The translations under genes and the position numbers were made by a program. The notes below the pieces were generated by a model. That model was not told where the DNA came from and made no database searches. It saw only the letters and a list, made by a program, of their open reading frames with translations. A DNA stretch of 32,932 nucleotides from Candidatus Eiseniibacteriota bacterium (GTDB taxonomy: Bacteria; Eisenbacteria; RBG-16-71-46; SZUA-252): contig JANMQV010000057.1 in the NCBI GenBank assembly GCA_031370645.1, forward strand, positions 1 to 32,932, read 5' to 3'. Shown one piece after another: positions 17,953 to 27,585 of the stretch (positions are counted from its first letter, which is position 1; every line of letters starts with the position of its first letter).

Positions 17953-18945
17953 CGTTCCGGCCTCCCGAATCAGACCGTCGATCAGCGCCTCGAGCGGCTG
18001 CAGCGCGATGCCGAGCTCCGCGCGGGTCGCTTCGTTTCGGAGCGGTGCCAGCCGGCGGAGGTGGAGCACCAATTCGCGCGGAAGCACCAGTTGCCGGAGA
18101 AACGAATGCGCCGGCAAAAGCGGCGCGATCAGCCCGAGTTCCTCGACGAGAAGATCGGGAAGCCGGCGGCGCGGCGGCGCGATGCCGCTTCGCTCCCCCA
18201 ATCGCTCGTAGAGGTCGCCAAGCCGAACGCAGGCGCCTGTGAGGAAGTAGCGGCGCCCTCCCCTCCCGTGCTCGAGCGCGGCCACGACTCCGTTTCCGAT
18301 GTCGGCGGGGCCCGAAAGCGCGAGCCACACGCGCTCCAGGAGCCGATACGGCAACTCCTGGCGGAGAAAGAGAAGCGCCAGCTCCGAGAGCGGACTCCGA
18401 AGCCCAGGCCCGAAGAGGATCCCCGGACTGAGCACCATCGTCCGGAAGACGCCGGGCCGGTTCGCCTCGAGCGTCGCCGCTTCCGATTCCATTTTCATGC
18501 GCACGTAGGCCGACTCGTACTCCGCTTGGGGCGGCGTCTCCTCCGTCACGAATTCATCGTCCCCACGCTCCTGCACCGTCCCCGTGTATCCGAGGAGCGC
18601 GAAACTGCGCGCGCCCGCGCTCACCGCCTCGTGGAGCACGGCGGCCGTCCCTTCGACTTCCACCCGCCGCTGGCGTTCGCGATCGAGCACGCCGAATCCG
18701 GGGCGGGCCGCCGCATGAAGCACGACGTCGCATCCGTCGAGCATGCCGACGAGAGAGGAGCGTTCGAGGACATCGCCCCGCCGCTCCTCCACTTCCGCTC
18801 CAGGCGGGAGCCAGGCGGGGCGATGCCGATGGACGAGAACGCGCAGGGGAATGCCGGCGGCGAGAAGGGCCGGACCGACAATTCCGCCGATCGCGCCGCT
18901 CGCGCCGGTGAGAAGGACACGCTGAATACGGGACGCAGGTCGCAT
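17917..18945 (-). CDS. NAD-dependent epimerase/dehydratase (extended SDR, dihydroflavonol-reductase-like)
   Basis: VLLTGASGAIG Rossmann motif, GDV, HAAA and YVRMK (YxxxK). Start uncertain (ATG 18945 or ATG 19122). 3' end overlaps the convergent kinase by 36 nt. Confidence 0.85.
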   Translation of the reverse strand: MRPASRIQRVLLTGASGAIGGIVGPALLAAGIPLRVLVHRHRPAWLPPGAEVEERRGDVLERSSLVGMLDGCDVVLHAAARPGFGVLDRERQRRVEVEGTAAVLHEAVSAGARSFALLGYTGTVQERGDDEFVTEETPPQAEYESAYVRMKMESEAATLEANRPGVFRTMVLSPGILFGPGLRSPLSELALLFLRQELPYRLLERVWLALSGPADIGNGVVAALEHGRGGRRYFLTGACVRLGDLYERLGERSGIAPPRRRLPDLLVEELGLIAPLLPAHSFLRQLVLPRELVLHLRRLAPLRNEATRAELGIALQPLEALIDGLIREAGTLPRGGALDAGA

Positions 18946-19154
18946 GGTTCGTGAAGCGGCGTCGTGAACCGCCCGCTCGCCGCGCACTCTAGCGAGCCGC
19001 GCGCCCGGACGGAAGCCGGATTCCGCAATTCCCGAAGTCTCCACCGCGCCGCGATTCGCGGATGGGGTCGTTGCGAACGGCGCGTTTCGCGGCGTTCCGG
19101 ATGGATCGATCGAGCCGTTCATGGTCCCGCCCCCACGGTCGGATGCCGAATCGG

Positions 19155-19169
19155 GCACCCTTCGTGCCG
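19155..19169 (-). promoter_or_regulatory. Possible sigma54 -24/-12 motif facing the SDR gene
   Basis: Minus strand CGGCACGAAGGGTGC (GG-N10-GC). The site is near-palindromic, so it could instead be an operator. Confidence 0.35.
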
Positions 19170-19247
19170 ACTGCAAGGCGTCAACTTCTTTCAAGGGACC
19201 AGCTTCCCGGTGCCGGCCCCCGCTCCAGGCAACTTGCTCGATGGCCG

Positions 19248-19263
19248 CGGCACGGGGCCTGCA
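19248..19263 (+). promoter_or_regulatory. Putative sigma54 -24/-12 promoter of the 8-gene operon
   Basis: CGGCACGGGGCCTGCA vs consensus TGGCAC-N5-TTGCW; exact GG-N10-GC spacing, ~140 nt upstream of the start codon. Confidence 0.55.
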
Positions 19264-19405
19264 AAGGCAGCAGGCGTCAGGTACGCGTCCGAGCCGCCTT
19301 CATCAGGCCGTTCGGAGCGACGGGGAGTGACGCCGCGCGGCCTAGCGCCGCCGGCGATTTGGTTCACGACCAAGGTTCGACAACCGATTTTACGGAGGTG
19401 ACGCC

Positions 19406-22400
19406 GTGCGCCACACGCGACGCGGAGCGTGGCTCCTGTCGGGGCTCCTGCTCCTTACGCAATTGAGTTTCGCGTCGACCGCCGCAGCGGGTCCGTTCAC
19501 GCGCCTCCAGGTGCTCATGCCTGGCGAAAGCGCGGCCCCGGGCTCGGCCAGCGGTAAAACGGGCACGCCGCGCGCCCAGGTTTCGGGACTTCCCTTCACC
19601 GTGACCGTCCGCGCGTGCGATGACACCTGGACCACCGTGACCAGCGTCACGCACGTCGTGAAAATCCTCTCCTCCGATGCGAGCGCGACGCTACCCGCGA
19701 CGACCTCGCTCAGTTCGGGCACGGGGAGTTACCCAATCACGTTCCACGCGGCAGGTAACTTCCAAGTCTTCGCGCACGACGAGACGGACGGCACGATTCC
19801 CGACGCCGCTTCGGCGACGGTCGCGTCGCAAGTGCTCGCCAGTTTCACCTTCCCCACGATTTCGCAGAAGCACCAGAACGCCGGCCAGCCGCTCAGCACC
19901 ACGATCACGGCGAAGAACCCGAGCGGCGCCACGGTTACTGGTTTCAACGGGCAGGTCAACATTCGCGAGCTGACGTCGTTCGGCGAAGGCCGCACGAGCC
20001 CCGCGACGGTCACCTTCACGAACGGTGTTTGGAGCGGTGGCATCACGATGTATCGTGCCGACGAGACGAACATCAATCGTGGCAACGTCAACATTATTGC
20101 GGAGCTTCCGTCGAACGCCGCGGTGAACGGGAGCAGCGATCCGTTCCTGGTGCATCCCGGTTCGATCAACAAACTCCAAATCATCGTTCCCGGCCAGACG
20201 CCCCTGCCGGGCAGCGTCTCCGGCTACACGGGATCGCCGGCTACGCAGGGCGCCGGTACCGGCTTCGCGGTCACGGTCAACTCCACCGACTCGTGGTGGA
20301 ATGTCGTTTCGAGCGCCGCCACCGTTAGTTTCGGCTCGAGCGACGGTGCGGCGGTGAAACCGGCCACCGGGGGGCTGTCGAACGGCACCCGCCAGGTCAC
20401 CTTCACGCTGAACACGGTCGGAACGCAGACCGTCTGGACGGACGCGAGCGGCCTCACCAGAGGCACGTCGCCGCCGATCTCGGTCATTCCGTCGTCGGCG
20501 CATCACTTCGCGATCAACACGATCACCGGCCCTCTCACGGCCGGCGTGCCGGCCGTCGTCACCGTCCGCGCCGTGGATGCGAGCAACAACACCGTTCCGA
20601 ACTATGCGGGCGACGCGACACTGTCGGCGAACACCGGCCTCGGCAGCATCCCGCCGTCGCAGATCACGTTTGCCGCCGGGGTGTGGACCGGCCCCGTCAC
20701 GTTCTTCGGGGCGGGCGGCGCCGTGTCGCTCACCTGCGCGGACTTCTCCGCGCCGCCGAAGCTCGGCACGAGCAATTCGTTCACGGTCAATCCGGGCCCG
20801 TTCTTCGGCCTCCAAGTCATCGTCCCGGGCGAATCGGCCCAGGGCGGAACGAATGACGGAAAGCAGGGAACGGCCACCGGGCAGACGGCGGGAACCCCGT
20901 TCACGATCACGATCCGCGCGGTGGACGCCTATTGGAACCTGGTATCTGGCGTCAACGACCAGATCTCACTCACGAGCACGGACGCTTTCGCGGGAATGCC
21001 GGCCACGACGACGCTGTCGAACGGCCAGCGCCTGCAGCAGGTCACGCTCTTCAAGACCGGCGCGCAGACGATCACGGCCACCGATGACGACAACGGATCC
21101 ATTCAGGCGAACACGTCGAGTCCGGTCACGGTCACCGGCGGCGCCTTCGCCAAGGTTCTCATTCTAGCGCCGGGTGAATCGCCGGCGCCGGGCACCGTCA
21201 GCGGCCGCACGGGCACCGCGACCGATCAGTCGATCAACTACGCCTTCACCGTCACCGTGCTCGCCACTGACGCCTGGTGGAATCCGGTCGGCGGCGTGAC
21301 GGACGTGGTGCAGATCACGAGCAACGACCCGCTCGCGACGCTTCCGCCGAACAGCGCGATGGTGAACGGCCAAGCCGACATGAGTGTTCGGCTCGCGACC
21401 GGCGGATTCCAGCAGATCTCGGTGAATGACGTCACGAATCCGTCGAAGACCGGAAGCACGACGCAGGTCCGCGCGATCTCGAGCGGCTTCCATCTCGAGG
21501 CGTCGGTCACGCCGTCGACGGCGCGCGCGGGCGAGCCATTCACGTTGACGGTGAAGGTCACGAACGACGCGGGAAGCGTGATCCAGGAGATCAACTCGTT
21601 CGTCACGGTCGAGGTTCAGAACGCCTCGACTCAGGCCGGCGGCCGCGGCGCACTCTTGACGTCGCAGTTCCAGCTCTTGCAAGGACAGCGCTCGGTTTCG
21701 CAGACCTATACGTTCGCCGAACCGATCGTCATGGTGGTTCGCGACGATGCGGGGAACGCGCCGGGCGTCACCGGCGTCATCGACATCACGCCCGGCCAGC
21801 CGGCCGCGATTCACCTCACCAGCGCGCCGCCCTGGGTCGGCGGCAACAAGCATGCGATCGTGACCGCCCGCGTGGTCGACGCCTTCGAAAACGGCGTCCC
21901 CAACCTGCCGGTGGTCTTCAGCCAGCTCTCGGGAACCGGCACCACCTCACCGATGGACACACTCTCCGACGCGAACGGCAACTCGCGGGCCGACTTCCTC
22001 GCTCCGCGAAATCCCGAGCATGACGTCATCCGCGCGACGTGGAGCAGCCTGGCGCAGGACCTCGATCTCGAGGTCGCCTTCGTCGATCCGACGGCGGCGG
22101 GCGGCTACGTCACGAACTATCCGAATCCGTTCCACCCTCCGACGGAAGCCACGACGATCGCCTACAAGCTGGACGACTTGGCGACGGTCACCATCCGGAT
22201 TTACACGCAGTCGGGAGACCTCGTGAAGCGCGTGGTCCTCGATCGCGGCGCCCCGGGCGGTACGGCCGGACTGAACGAAGTTCTCTGGGACGGCAAGAAC
22301 GGCAAGGGCCAAGTCGTCGCCAGCGGCGGTTATATCGCGTTGATCGAGGCCCAGGGAACGGGCGAAACCATGCACGTCATCCGCCGCAAGATCGCGGTGG

Positions 22401-22408
22401 TCCGTTAG
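19406..22408 (+). CDS. Large secreted Ig-like repeat protein with C-terminal FlgD-Ig/T9SS-CTD-like domain
   Basis: RBS GGAGGT + GTG, signal peptide, Thr/Gly/Val-rich internal repeats. C-terminus NYPNPF...VTIRIY...GDLVK...WDGKNGKG...SGGY...RRKIAVVR. Confidence 0.85.
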   Translation: MRHTRRGAWLLSGLLLLTQLSFASTAAAGPFTRLQVLMPGESAAPGSASGKTGTPRAQVSGLPFTVTVRACDDTWTTVTSVTHVVKILSSDASATLPATTSLSSGTGSYPITFHAAGNFQVFAHDETDGTIPDAASATVASQVLASFTFPTISQKHQNAGQPLSTTITAKNPSGATVTGFNGQVNIRELTSFGEGRTSPATVTFTNGVWSGGITMYRADETNINRGNVNIIAELPSNAAVNGSSDPFLVHPGSINKLQIIVPGQTPLPGSVSGYTGSPATQGAGTGFAVTVNSTDSWWNVVSSAATVSFGSSDGAAVKPATGGLSNGTRQVTFTLNTVGTQTVWTDASGLTRGTSPPISVIPSSAHHFAINTITGPLTAGVPAVVTVRAVDASNNTVPNYAGDATLSANTGLGSIPPSQITFAAGVWTGPVTFFGAGGAVSLTCADFSAPPKLGTSNSFTVNPGPFFGLQVIVPGESAQGGTNDGKQGTATGQTAGTPFTITIRAVDAYWNLVSGVNDQISLTSTDAFAGMPATTTLSNGQRLQQVTLFKTGAQTITATDDDNGSIQANTSSPVTVTGGAFAKVLILAPGESPAPGTVSGRTGTATDQSINYAFTVTVLATDAWWNPVGGVTDVVQITSNDPLATLPPNSAMVNGQADMSVRLATGGFQQISVNDVTNPSKTGSTTQVRAISSGFHLEASVTPSTARAGEPFTLTVKVTNDAGSVIQEINSFVTVEVQNASTQAGGRGALLTSQFQLLQGQRSVSQTYTFAEPIVMVVRDDAGNAPGVTGVIDITPGQPAAIHLTSAPPWVGGNKHAIVTARVVDAFENGVPNLPVVFSQLSGTGTTSPMDTLSDANGNSRADFLAPRNPEHDVIRATWSSLAQDLDLEVAFVDPTAAGGYVTNYPNPFHPPTEATTIAYKLDDLATVTIRIYTQSGDLVKRVVLDRGAPGGTAGLNEVLWDGKNGKGQVVASGGYIALIEAQGTGETMHVIRRKIAVVR

Positions 22409-22424
22409 GCGAGGAGGAAGAGCA

Positions 22425-23678
22425 ATGGTCCGCACGCATCGCCATATCGCGGCCGCCCTGGCGGTCACGCTGTTCCTGAGCGGCACCGCCACGGCGCGCG
22501 CCGCCGACGAGAGTGGAGGCACGCCGGGTGGCTGGCTCTCCTCGTACGTCTCCGCCCGTGCGCTCGGTCTCGGCGGCGCCTTCGTCGGCGCCGGGGACGA
22601 CGCTGCGTCGGTCGTCTGGAATCCGGCCGGTCTCGCCATGCTCGTCCCGAACGAAGTTCGTTTCGAGACGGCCGTGCTCTTCGAGGATACGTCGGTCAAC
22701 TCGTTCAACTTCGCCGTGCCCGGGAACAAGCTCCCGAGCTTCGGCCTGAGCATCGTGTCGCTCCAGTCGGGCGCGTTTCAGCGGACGAACGCCATGAACG
22801 ATCCGCTCGGCGACTTTCATGAAGGAGAGACGGCGTACCTCTTCACCGTCGCCCGAAACATCAATCCGCGCCTCGCGCTCGGCACGAACGTGAAGCTCGT
22901 CCGCCAGACGGTGGAGGACTTCAACGCCGGCGGCGTCGGATTCGACATCGGCGGCGTGTATGACGTGACGCCGAATCTGCGCCTCGGCGCGTCGGTTCTG
23001 AATCTGGGCGGCCCGAACCTCACGCTTCGGGACGCGAAGGAAACGTATCCGGTCGAATTCCGCGGCGGCTTTGCGGCCACGCTCTTCAACGGTCGCGGAC
23101 TTATCACGGCCGAGTTGGACCAGGCGCAGGGTCCCGGCATGCGCGTGCGAGGCGGCTCGGAATACTGGGTGCAGCCGATGATCGCGCTTCGTGTCGGATA
23201 CAACGACAACAGCCCCGGCGGCGGCCTTTCCTACCGCTTCAACGGCAAATATCAGTTTGACTACGGCGTGCTCGATCATCCGCTCGGCCTCACGCATCGG
23301 ATTGGGCTCTCGTATCGCTTCGGCGGATTCTTCGCGAGCGCCAAGGCATCGCCCGAGATCTTCTCGCCCACGGGCGAATCGGCCGTGACGAAGATTTCCT
23401 TGAACGCGCGCACCAAGTCGGAACCCGACGCGTGGTCGCTCACGGTGGTCAACAAGAGCGACGAGAAGGTCCGCGAGTTCGGCGGCAAGGGACAGCCTCC
23501 GGCGCACCTCCTCTGGGACGGAAAAGACGAGACGGGTATGCCGCTCCCGGACGGCGTCTATCACTACACCCTCGAAGTGCGCGACGCCGACGGCCGCGCC
23601 ATCGAGAGCCGCACGCACACGGTCGAGATCTCTACCGGCGGACCGCAGGGCTCCGTCCCGGTCATTCCGGTTCAGTAA
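22425..23678 (+). CDS. PorV/FadL-like outer-membrane barrel fused to a C-terminal FlgD-Ig domain
   Basis: Signal peptide, signature SARALGLGGAFVGAGDDAASVVWNPAGLA, FDIGG, ALRVGY, barrel end THRIGLSYRF, then SPEIFSP...WDGKDETG...DGVYHYTLEVRD. Confidence 0.85.
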   Translation: MVRTHRHIAAALAVTLFLSGTATARAADESGGTPGGWLSSYVSARALGLGGAFVGAGDDAASVVWNPAGLAMLVPNEVRFETAVLFEDTSVNSFNFAVPGNKLPSFGLSIVSLQSGAFQRTNAMNDPLGDFHEGETAYLFTVARNINPRLALGTNVKLVRQTVEDFNAGGVGFDIGGVYDVTPNLRLGASVLNLGGPNLTLRDAKETYPVEFRGGFAATLFNGRGLITAELDQAQGPGMRVRGGSEYWVQPMIALRVGYNDNSPGGGLSYRFNGKYQFDYGVLDHPLGLTHRIGLSYRFGGFFASAKASPEIFSPTGESAVTKISLNARTKSEPDAWSLTVVNKSDEKVREFGGKGQPPAHLLWDGKDETGMPLPDGVYHYTLEVRDADGRAIESRTHTVEISTGGPQGSVPVIPVQ

Positions 23679-23697
23679 GGCGCGGGGGTCTCGAGTC

Positions 23698-26600
23698 ATG
23701 AATCAGACGCAGGGTCGGAAAAGTACGCGGCGAGGCGCCCGGGGACGAATTCAGTCCCCGCGCCGCCTTCGCTTCAACGCCTGGGTCGTGGCGATCGGGG
23801 TCGCCGCATTCCTCGTTGGAGCCCCGGCGGCGGTCGCAGGGGGCGACAAGGAGAACCCGAGCGCTTCGAGTCTGAAGGAGACGGGGGTGCGCTACGAACA
23901 GGTGCGCCTCCTCCGCGACGCCGAGCGCGTTGCGGGCTTCGATGAAGTGACGAGCTCCGCCGCGGCCATCGCGCGCGGCGGAAGCGATGACGAGAAAGCG
24001 GCGGCCCGAGCGCTCGCCGCGACGGTCGCGAGCGAACGGGGCGAGCCCGTCTTCGCGTCCGAAGAATTTCGGCGGGCCACGGAAGGCTTCGGCAAGGGAG
24101 TCTTCGCGGACGATGCATCGTTCGCTTCGATTCAGGCGCTCGAAGCGTCGGGCGACGATGCCCACGCCGCCGGGGAGTGGGTCGAATGGATGAGCCGCTT
24201 CCCGCAGAGTCCGTTGAAAGGTGAGGCGCTCCTCGCTCAGGCGTGGAATGCGCTTCGGCGCGGCGATCCCACGGTGGCGCGGAAGCACCTGACGGTGCTC
24301 ACCACGATGCAGCCGTGGGCGGCGGGCGATCGGCGCGTGGCGCTCGCGTTGGCGACGACGCTCTACGCGCAGGGCAGGTTCACGGAAGCGTCGGCGGCGA
24401 TGACGAAGGATGTCACGGGGCCGGCCGCGACCTATCTCCGCGGGCTTCTCTACCGGGCATCGGGATCGGTGCTTCGCTCGGCGGCTTCGTTCCAAGAGGT
24501 GGCCGATCGTTACCCCGACTCCCCGCTTCACGACGCGGCATTGCTCGGCAAGGCGGACGCCTTCCTGGTGGCTCGGGACTACCGTAGCGCGGCCGAGGAA
24601 TTCACGCGCGCCGCGACCCGCGCCAAGGATCCGCGCGTGGTGGCGGAAGCGGAGCTTCGCGCGGCGGGAGCGGTCTCGCTCCTCGGCGCTTCCGATTCCG
24701 CCCTGGCACTTCTTCGCGGCGTTGCCGAACGTCATGCCGGCACCGGTGTCGGCGCGCGCGCTCAGTTCCTGATCGGCGATCTTCTCGCCGCCCGCGGACA
24801 GAACGCCGAGGCGATCGTGGAGCTGAACAAAGTGCTCACGAACTACTTCCAACAGTCGGTGGCCGCGAGCGCTCAGTATCGCGTCGCGCGCTGCCTCGAC
24901 GCGATGGGGCGTCCGAACGACGCGACCGGCTCCTACCAGGCGGTCGTCTCGGGCTACCCGCTCGAGCCGGAAGCCCCGGCCGCCGCCTATCTCGCGGGCG
25001 TCGGGCTCCTCGGGCAGAATCGCCCGCGCTCGGCCGCGCCCTACTTCCAGATCGTTCTCGATCGCTACGTGCCTCCGGCCGATTCGGCAGGAAAGCCAGT
25101 GGCGCCTTCCGCCGACAAGCGGGACGTGGTCGATGCTTCTCTTTGCCTGCTGCTCGAGTCGTACCGCCGAGCGGGCGACCTCGGCCAGTTGGCCGGCGCG
25201 CCGCATCTCCTTCTTCAGCGGATGCCGCCGAGCCGCACGCCGTGGCGCGCTTACGCCATGCTGATCGACGCCGACGCCATGGCCGCGATGTCGCGGCACG
25301 CGGAGGCGCAGAAGACGCTGGAACGGCTCATGGCCGACTTCCCCGATCATCCGGTCAACGCTTCGGCGACGAAGCTCCTGGCCTGGACCTATGCGCAGCA
25401 GGGCCGCGATAGCCTCGCCATCGCGACCGAAGAGCGGCTCGTGGCCCGCTGGGGCGGCGCCTCCGATCCGGCCGTGGTGAGCGGCGCGCTCCTCGACATC
25501 GCGCATGTTCGCTTCAATCAGAAGCGCTACCGCGACGCGGCCGCCGGCTACGACGACTTCCTTCGCCGCTACCCGCAGAGCCCGCGCCGGAATCAGGCGC
25601 GCTATCAGGCCGGGCTCGCCTACCTTCGCGTGAATCGCGCGGGCGACGCGGTCGACCGCTGGGAGGCGATCGTGCGCGACAGCGCGAGCGCCCCCATCGC
25701 GGAACGCGCCTGGGCGCGCGTGGGCGATCTCTACTTCCAAGCGCAGCGCTATGCGGAGGCCAAGCGCTGCTATCGCGGCCTCCTCGAACACTTCGCGGCC
25801 ACAGACGCGGCCGCGCTTGCCACACTCCGGCTCGGACAGTGCGACTACAACGCCGGACGCGACGCCGACGCGCTCACCTCGTACTCACAGGTGGTGGAGC
25901 GCTATCCCGACAGCCCGTTCGCCAAGGAGGCAAAGCGCGGCACGGAACTCTCTCTCTATCGCCTCGGACAGTCTCCGAAGGGAGCCGCCACGCTGGCGGC
26001 GCTGGTCGAGCAGTACCCGACGAGCGCCTACGCGGCCGACGCGCTTTTCCAGATTGGCAAGTCGCGCTATCAGGCGAAGCAGTGGACCGAGGCGGCGGAG
26101 TCGTTCCGCCGCGTCGTGAGCCAGTTCCCCGGTTCTCAGACGGCGGACCAGGCGCAGTTCCTCCTGGCCGACGCTCTGACGCGGGCCGGATCGCGCGACG
26201 AGGCGGCGAACGCCTACGACCAGTTTCTCGCCTTCTTCCCGGAGAGCGAACTTCGCCCGTCCGCCATTTTCCAATTGGGTCTCCTCCGCTTCGAGTCGCA
26301 GGACTTCGGACGCGCGGCGGTCGCCTTCACACAGGCGCTCGAGGAGAGCGCGTCGGTCGAGGTTCGCTCGGCTTCGCGCTTCAATCTCGCGCTCTGCCAA
26401 CGCCAGCTCGGCCAGTCCGAGGAGGCGCGCACGACCCTGGTGAAGCACCGCGAGGAATTCCCGAACGATTCGCGCGCTTCCGAGGTCGCCTATCAGTTGG
26501 CCGACCTCGACGAAGCGGCCGGCAATTCGACCGCCGCGGAAGCCGAGCTGAACCACGCGCTCGAAGCCGGACCGAAGGGACCGCTCTCGATCGAACTCCT

Positions 26601-26868
26601 CTTCCGTCTCGGCCGCGTTCTCGAGGCGCAGGCTCGCGAGAAGGAGGCGCTGATCGCCTACGAACGCGCCGCCGCCGCACCGGACAAGAAGAACGCCTAC
26701 CGGCTCTCGGCCGTCGCCCGCTGCGCCTTCTTCTATGAGAAGTCGAAGCAGCTCGTGAGGGCGCTCGATTCCTATCGCGACATTTCGGTTAATTCAAAGG
26801 ACCGCGAACTGGCCGCCGCCGCGGCGGGTCGCGCGTCTCAGCTGGAAGCGGGCCGGAAGCGCCGCTAA
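23698..26868 (+). CDS. Large exported TPR protein (BamD/CpoB-like repeats)
   Basis: N-terminal signal and many repeats of the type A...F/Y..V...YP.S..A..A...G across 1056 aa. Confidence 0.88.
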   Translation: MNQTQGRKSTRRGARGRIQSPRRLRFNAWVVAIGVAAFLVGAPAAVAGGDKENPSASSLKETGVRYEQVRLLRDAERVAGFDEVTSSAAAIARGGSDDEKAAARALAATVASERGEPVFASEEFRRATEGFGKGVFADDASFASIQALEASGDDAHAAGEWVEWMSRFPQSPLKGEALLAQAWNALRRGDPTVARKHLTVLTTMQPWAAGDRRVALALATTLYAQGRFTEASAAMTKDVTGPAATYLRGLLYRASGSVLRSAASFQEVADRYPDSPLHDAALLGKADAFLVARDYRSAAEEFTRAATRAKDPRVVAEAELRAAGAVSLLGASDSALALLRGVAERHAGTGVGARAQFLIGDLLAARGQNAEAIVELNKVLTNYFQQSVAASAQYRVARCLDAMGRPNDATGSYQAVVSGYPLEPEAPAAAYLAGVGLLGQNRPRSAAPYFQIVLDRYVPPADSAGKPVAPSADKRDVVDASLCLLLESYRRAGDLGQLAGAPHLLLQRMPPSRTPWRAYAMLIDADAMAAMSRHAEAQKTLERLMADFPDHPVNASATKLLAWTYAQQGRDSLAIATEERLVARWGGASDPAVVSGALLDIAHVRFNQKRYRDAAAGYDDFLRRYPQSPRRNQARYQAGLAYLRVNRAGDAVDRWEAIVRDSASAPIAERAWARVGDLYFQAQRYAEAKRCYRGLLEHFAATDAAALATLRLGQCDYNAGRDADALTSYSQVVERYPDSPFAKEAKRGTELSLYRLGQSPKGAATLAALVEQYPTSAYAADALFQIGKSRYQAKQWTEAAESFRRVVSQFPGSQTADQAQFLLADALTRAGSRDEAANAYDQFLAFFPESELRPSAIFQLGLLRFESQDFGRAAVAFTQALEESASVEVRSASRFNLALCQRQLGQSEEARTTLVKHREEFPNDSRASEVAYQLADLDEAAGNSTAAEAELNHALEAGPKGPLSIELLFRLGRVLEAQAREKEALIAYERAAAAPDKKNAYRLSAVARCAFFYEKSKQLVRALDSYRDISVNSKDRELAAAAAGRASQLEAGRKRR

Positions 26869-26897
26869 CCCCCGGGACCCAGGAAAGGAGCCCCGAG

Positions 26898-27551
26898 ATG
26901 TTTGAGAATTTCGATTGGATCAACGCGATGCGGCAGAGCCCTGTGATGGTGATCATCCTCGCCTGCAGCGTCATGACGTTCGGCTTCGCGCTGGAGCGCG
27001 CGGCCTACTACTGGAAGCGTCGCGGCAACGCCGACGGCGTCTTGGCCAGCGCGATGGTGGCGCTCCGTTCGGGCAACCGCGAAGAAGCGGTTCGCGCCTG
27101 CGCCGCCTCGCCGCACCCGGTCGGCCCCGTGGCCGCCGAGACGATTCGGAGCCTCGACCTTCCGGCCGACGCGGCGGAAGAGAAACTTCACATTTCGTTG
27201 AGCGAGCAGAAGCTCCAGTTGGAGCGGAATCTCGGCTTCATCGGCACCATGGGCAACACCGCGCCGCTCATCGGACTCCTTGGAACGGTGTGGGGCATCA
27301 TGCGCGCCTTCCATGACATGGCGAGCACCGGTTCGGCCGGTCCGTCGGTCGTGGCGGCGGGTATCGCCGAAGCGCTCTTCACCACCGCGGCGGGCCTCCT
27401 CGTGGCCGTCCCGGCGGTTCTGGTCTACAACCACTTCGTCCGCCGCATGAGCGTCATGCTCACGGTGGCCGAGAACCATGCGCGCTCGATCCGCCTCAGC
27501 GGCACGTACGCCGTCTCCAGCAATCAGAACGTCACGTCGCGGGCCGCCTAG
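26898..27551 (+). CDS. MotA/TolQ/ExbB proton-channel protein
   Basis: RBS AAGGAG; GNTAPLIGLLGTVWGIMRAF and GIAEALFTTAAGLLVAVPA. Confidence 0.95.
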   Translation: MFENFDWINAMRQSPVMVIILACSVMTFGFALERAAYYWKRRGNADGVLASAMVALRSGNREEAVRACAASPHPVGPVAAETIRSLDLPADAAEEKLHISLSEQKLQLERNLGFIGTMGNTAPLIGLLGTVWGIMRAFHDMASTGSAGPSVVAAGIAEALFTTAAGLLVAVPAVLVYNHFVRRMSVMLTVAENHARSIRLSGTYAVSSNQNVTSRAA

Positions 27552-27585
27552 CCGCGACCGACGAGATCCCGAAAGGAGACGACGC

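Noticed and set aside
23698-23790. Tat signal in the TPR protein (SPRRLRF)
   Set aside because: Poor match to S/T-R-R-x-F-L-K in an Arg-rich N-terminus; the export route cannot be decided by eye.
23662-25791. 709-aa minus-strand ORF and similar long shadow ORFs (3435-4928, 13893-16061, 22377-23699, 31750-32832)
   Set aside because: Antisense or off-frame to well-supported genes, Arg-rich with no motifs; expected in high-GC DNA.
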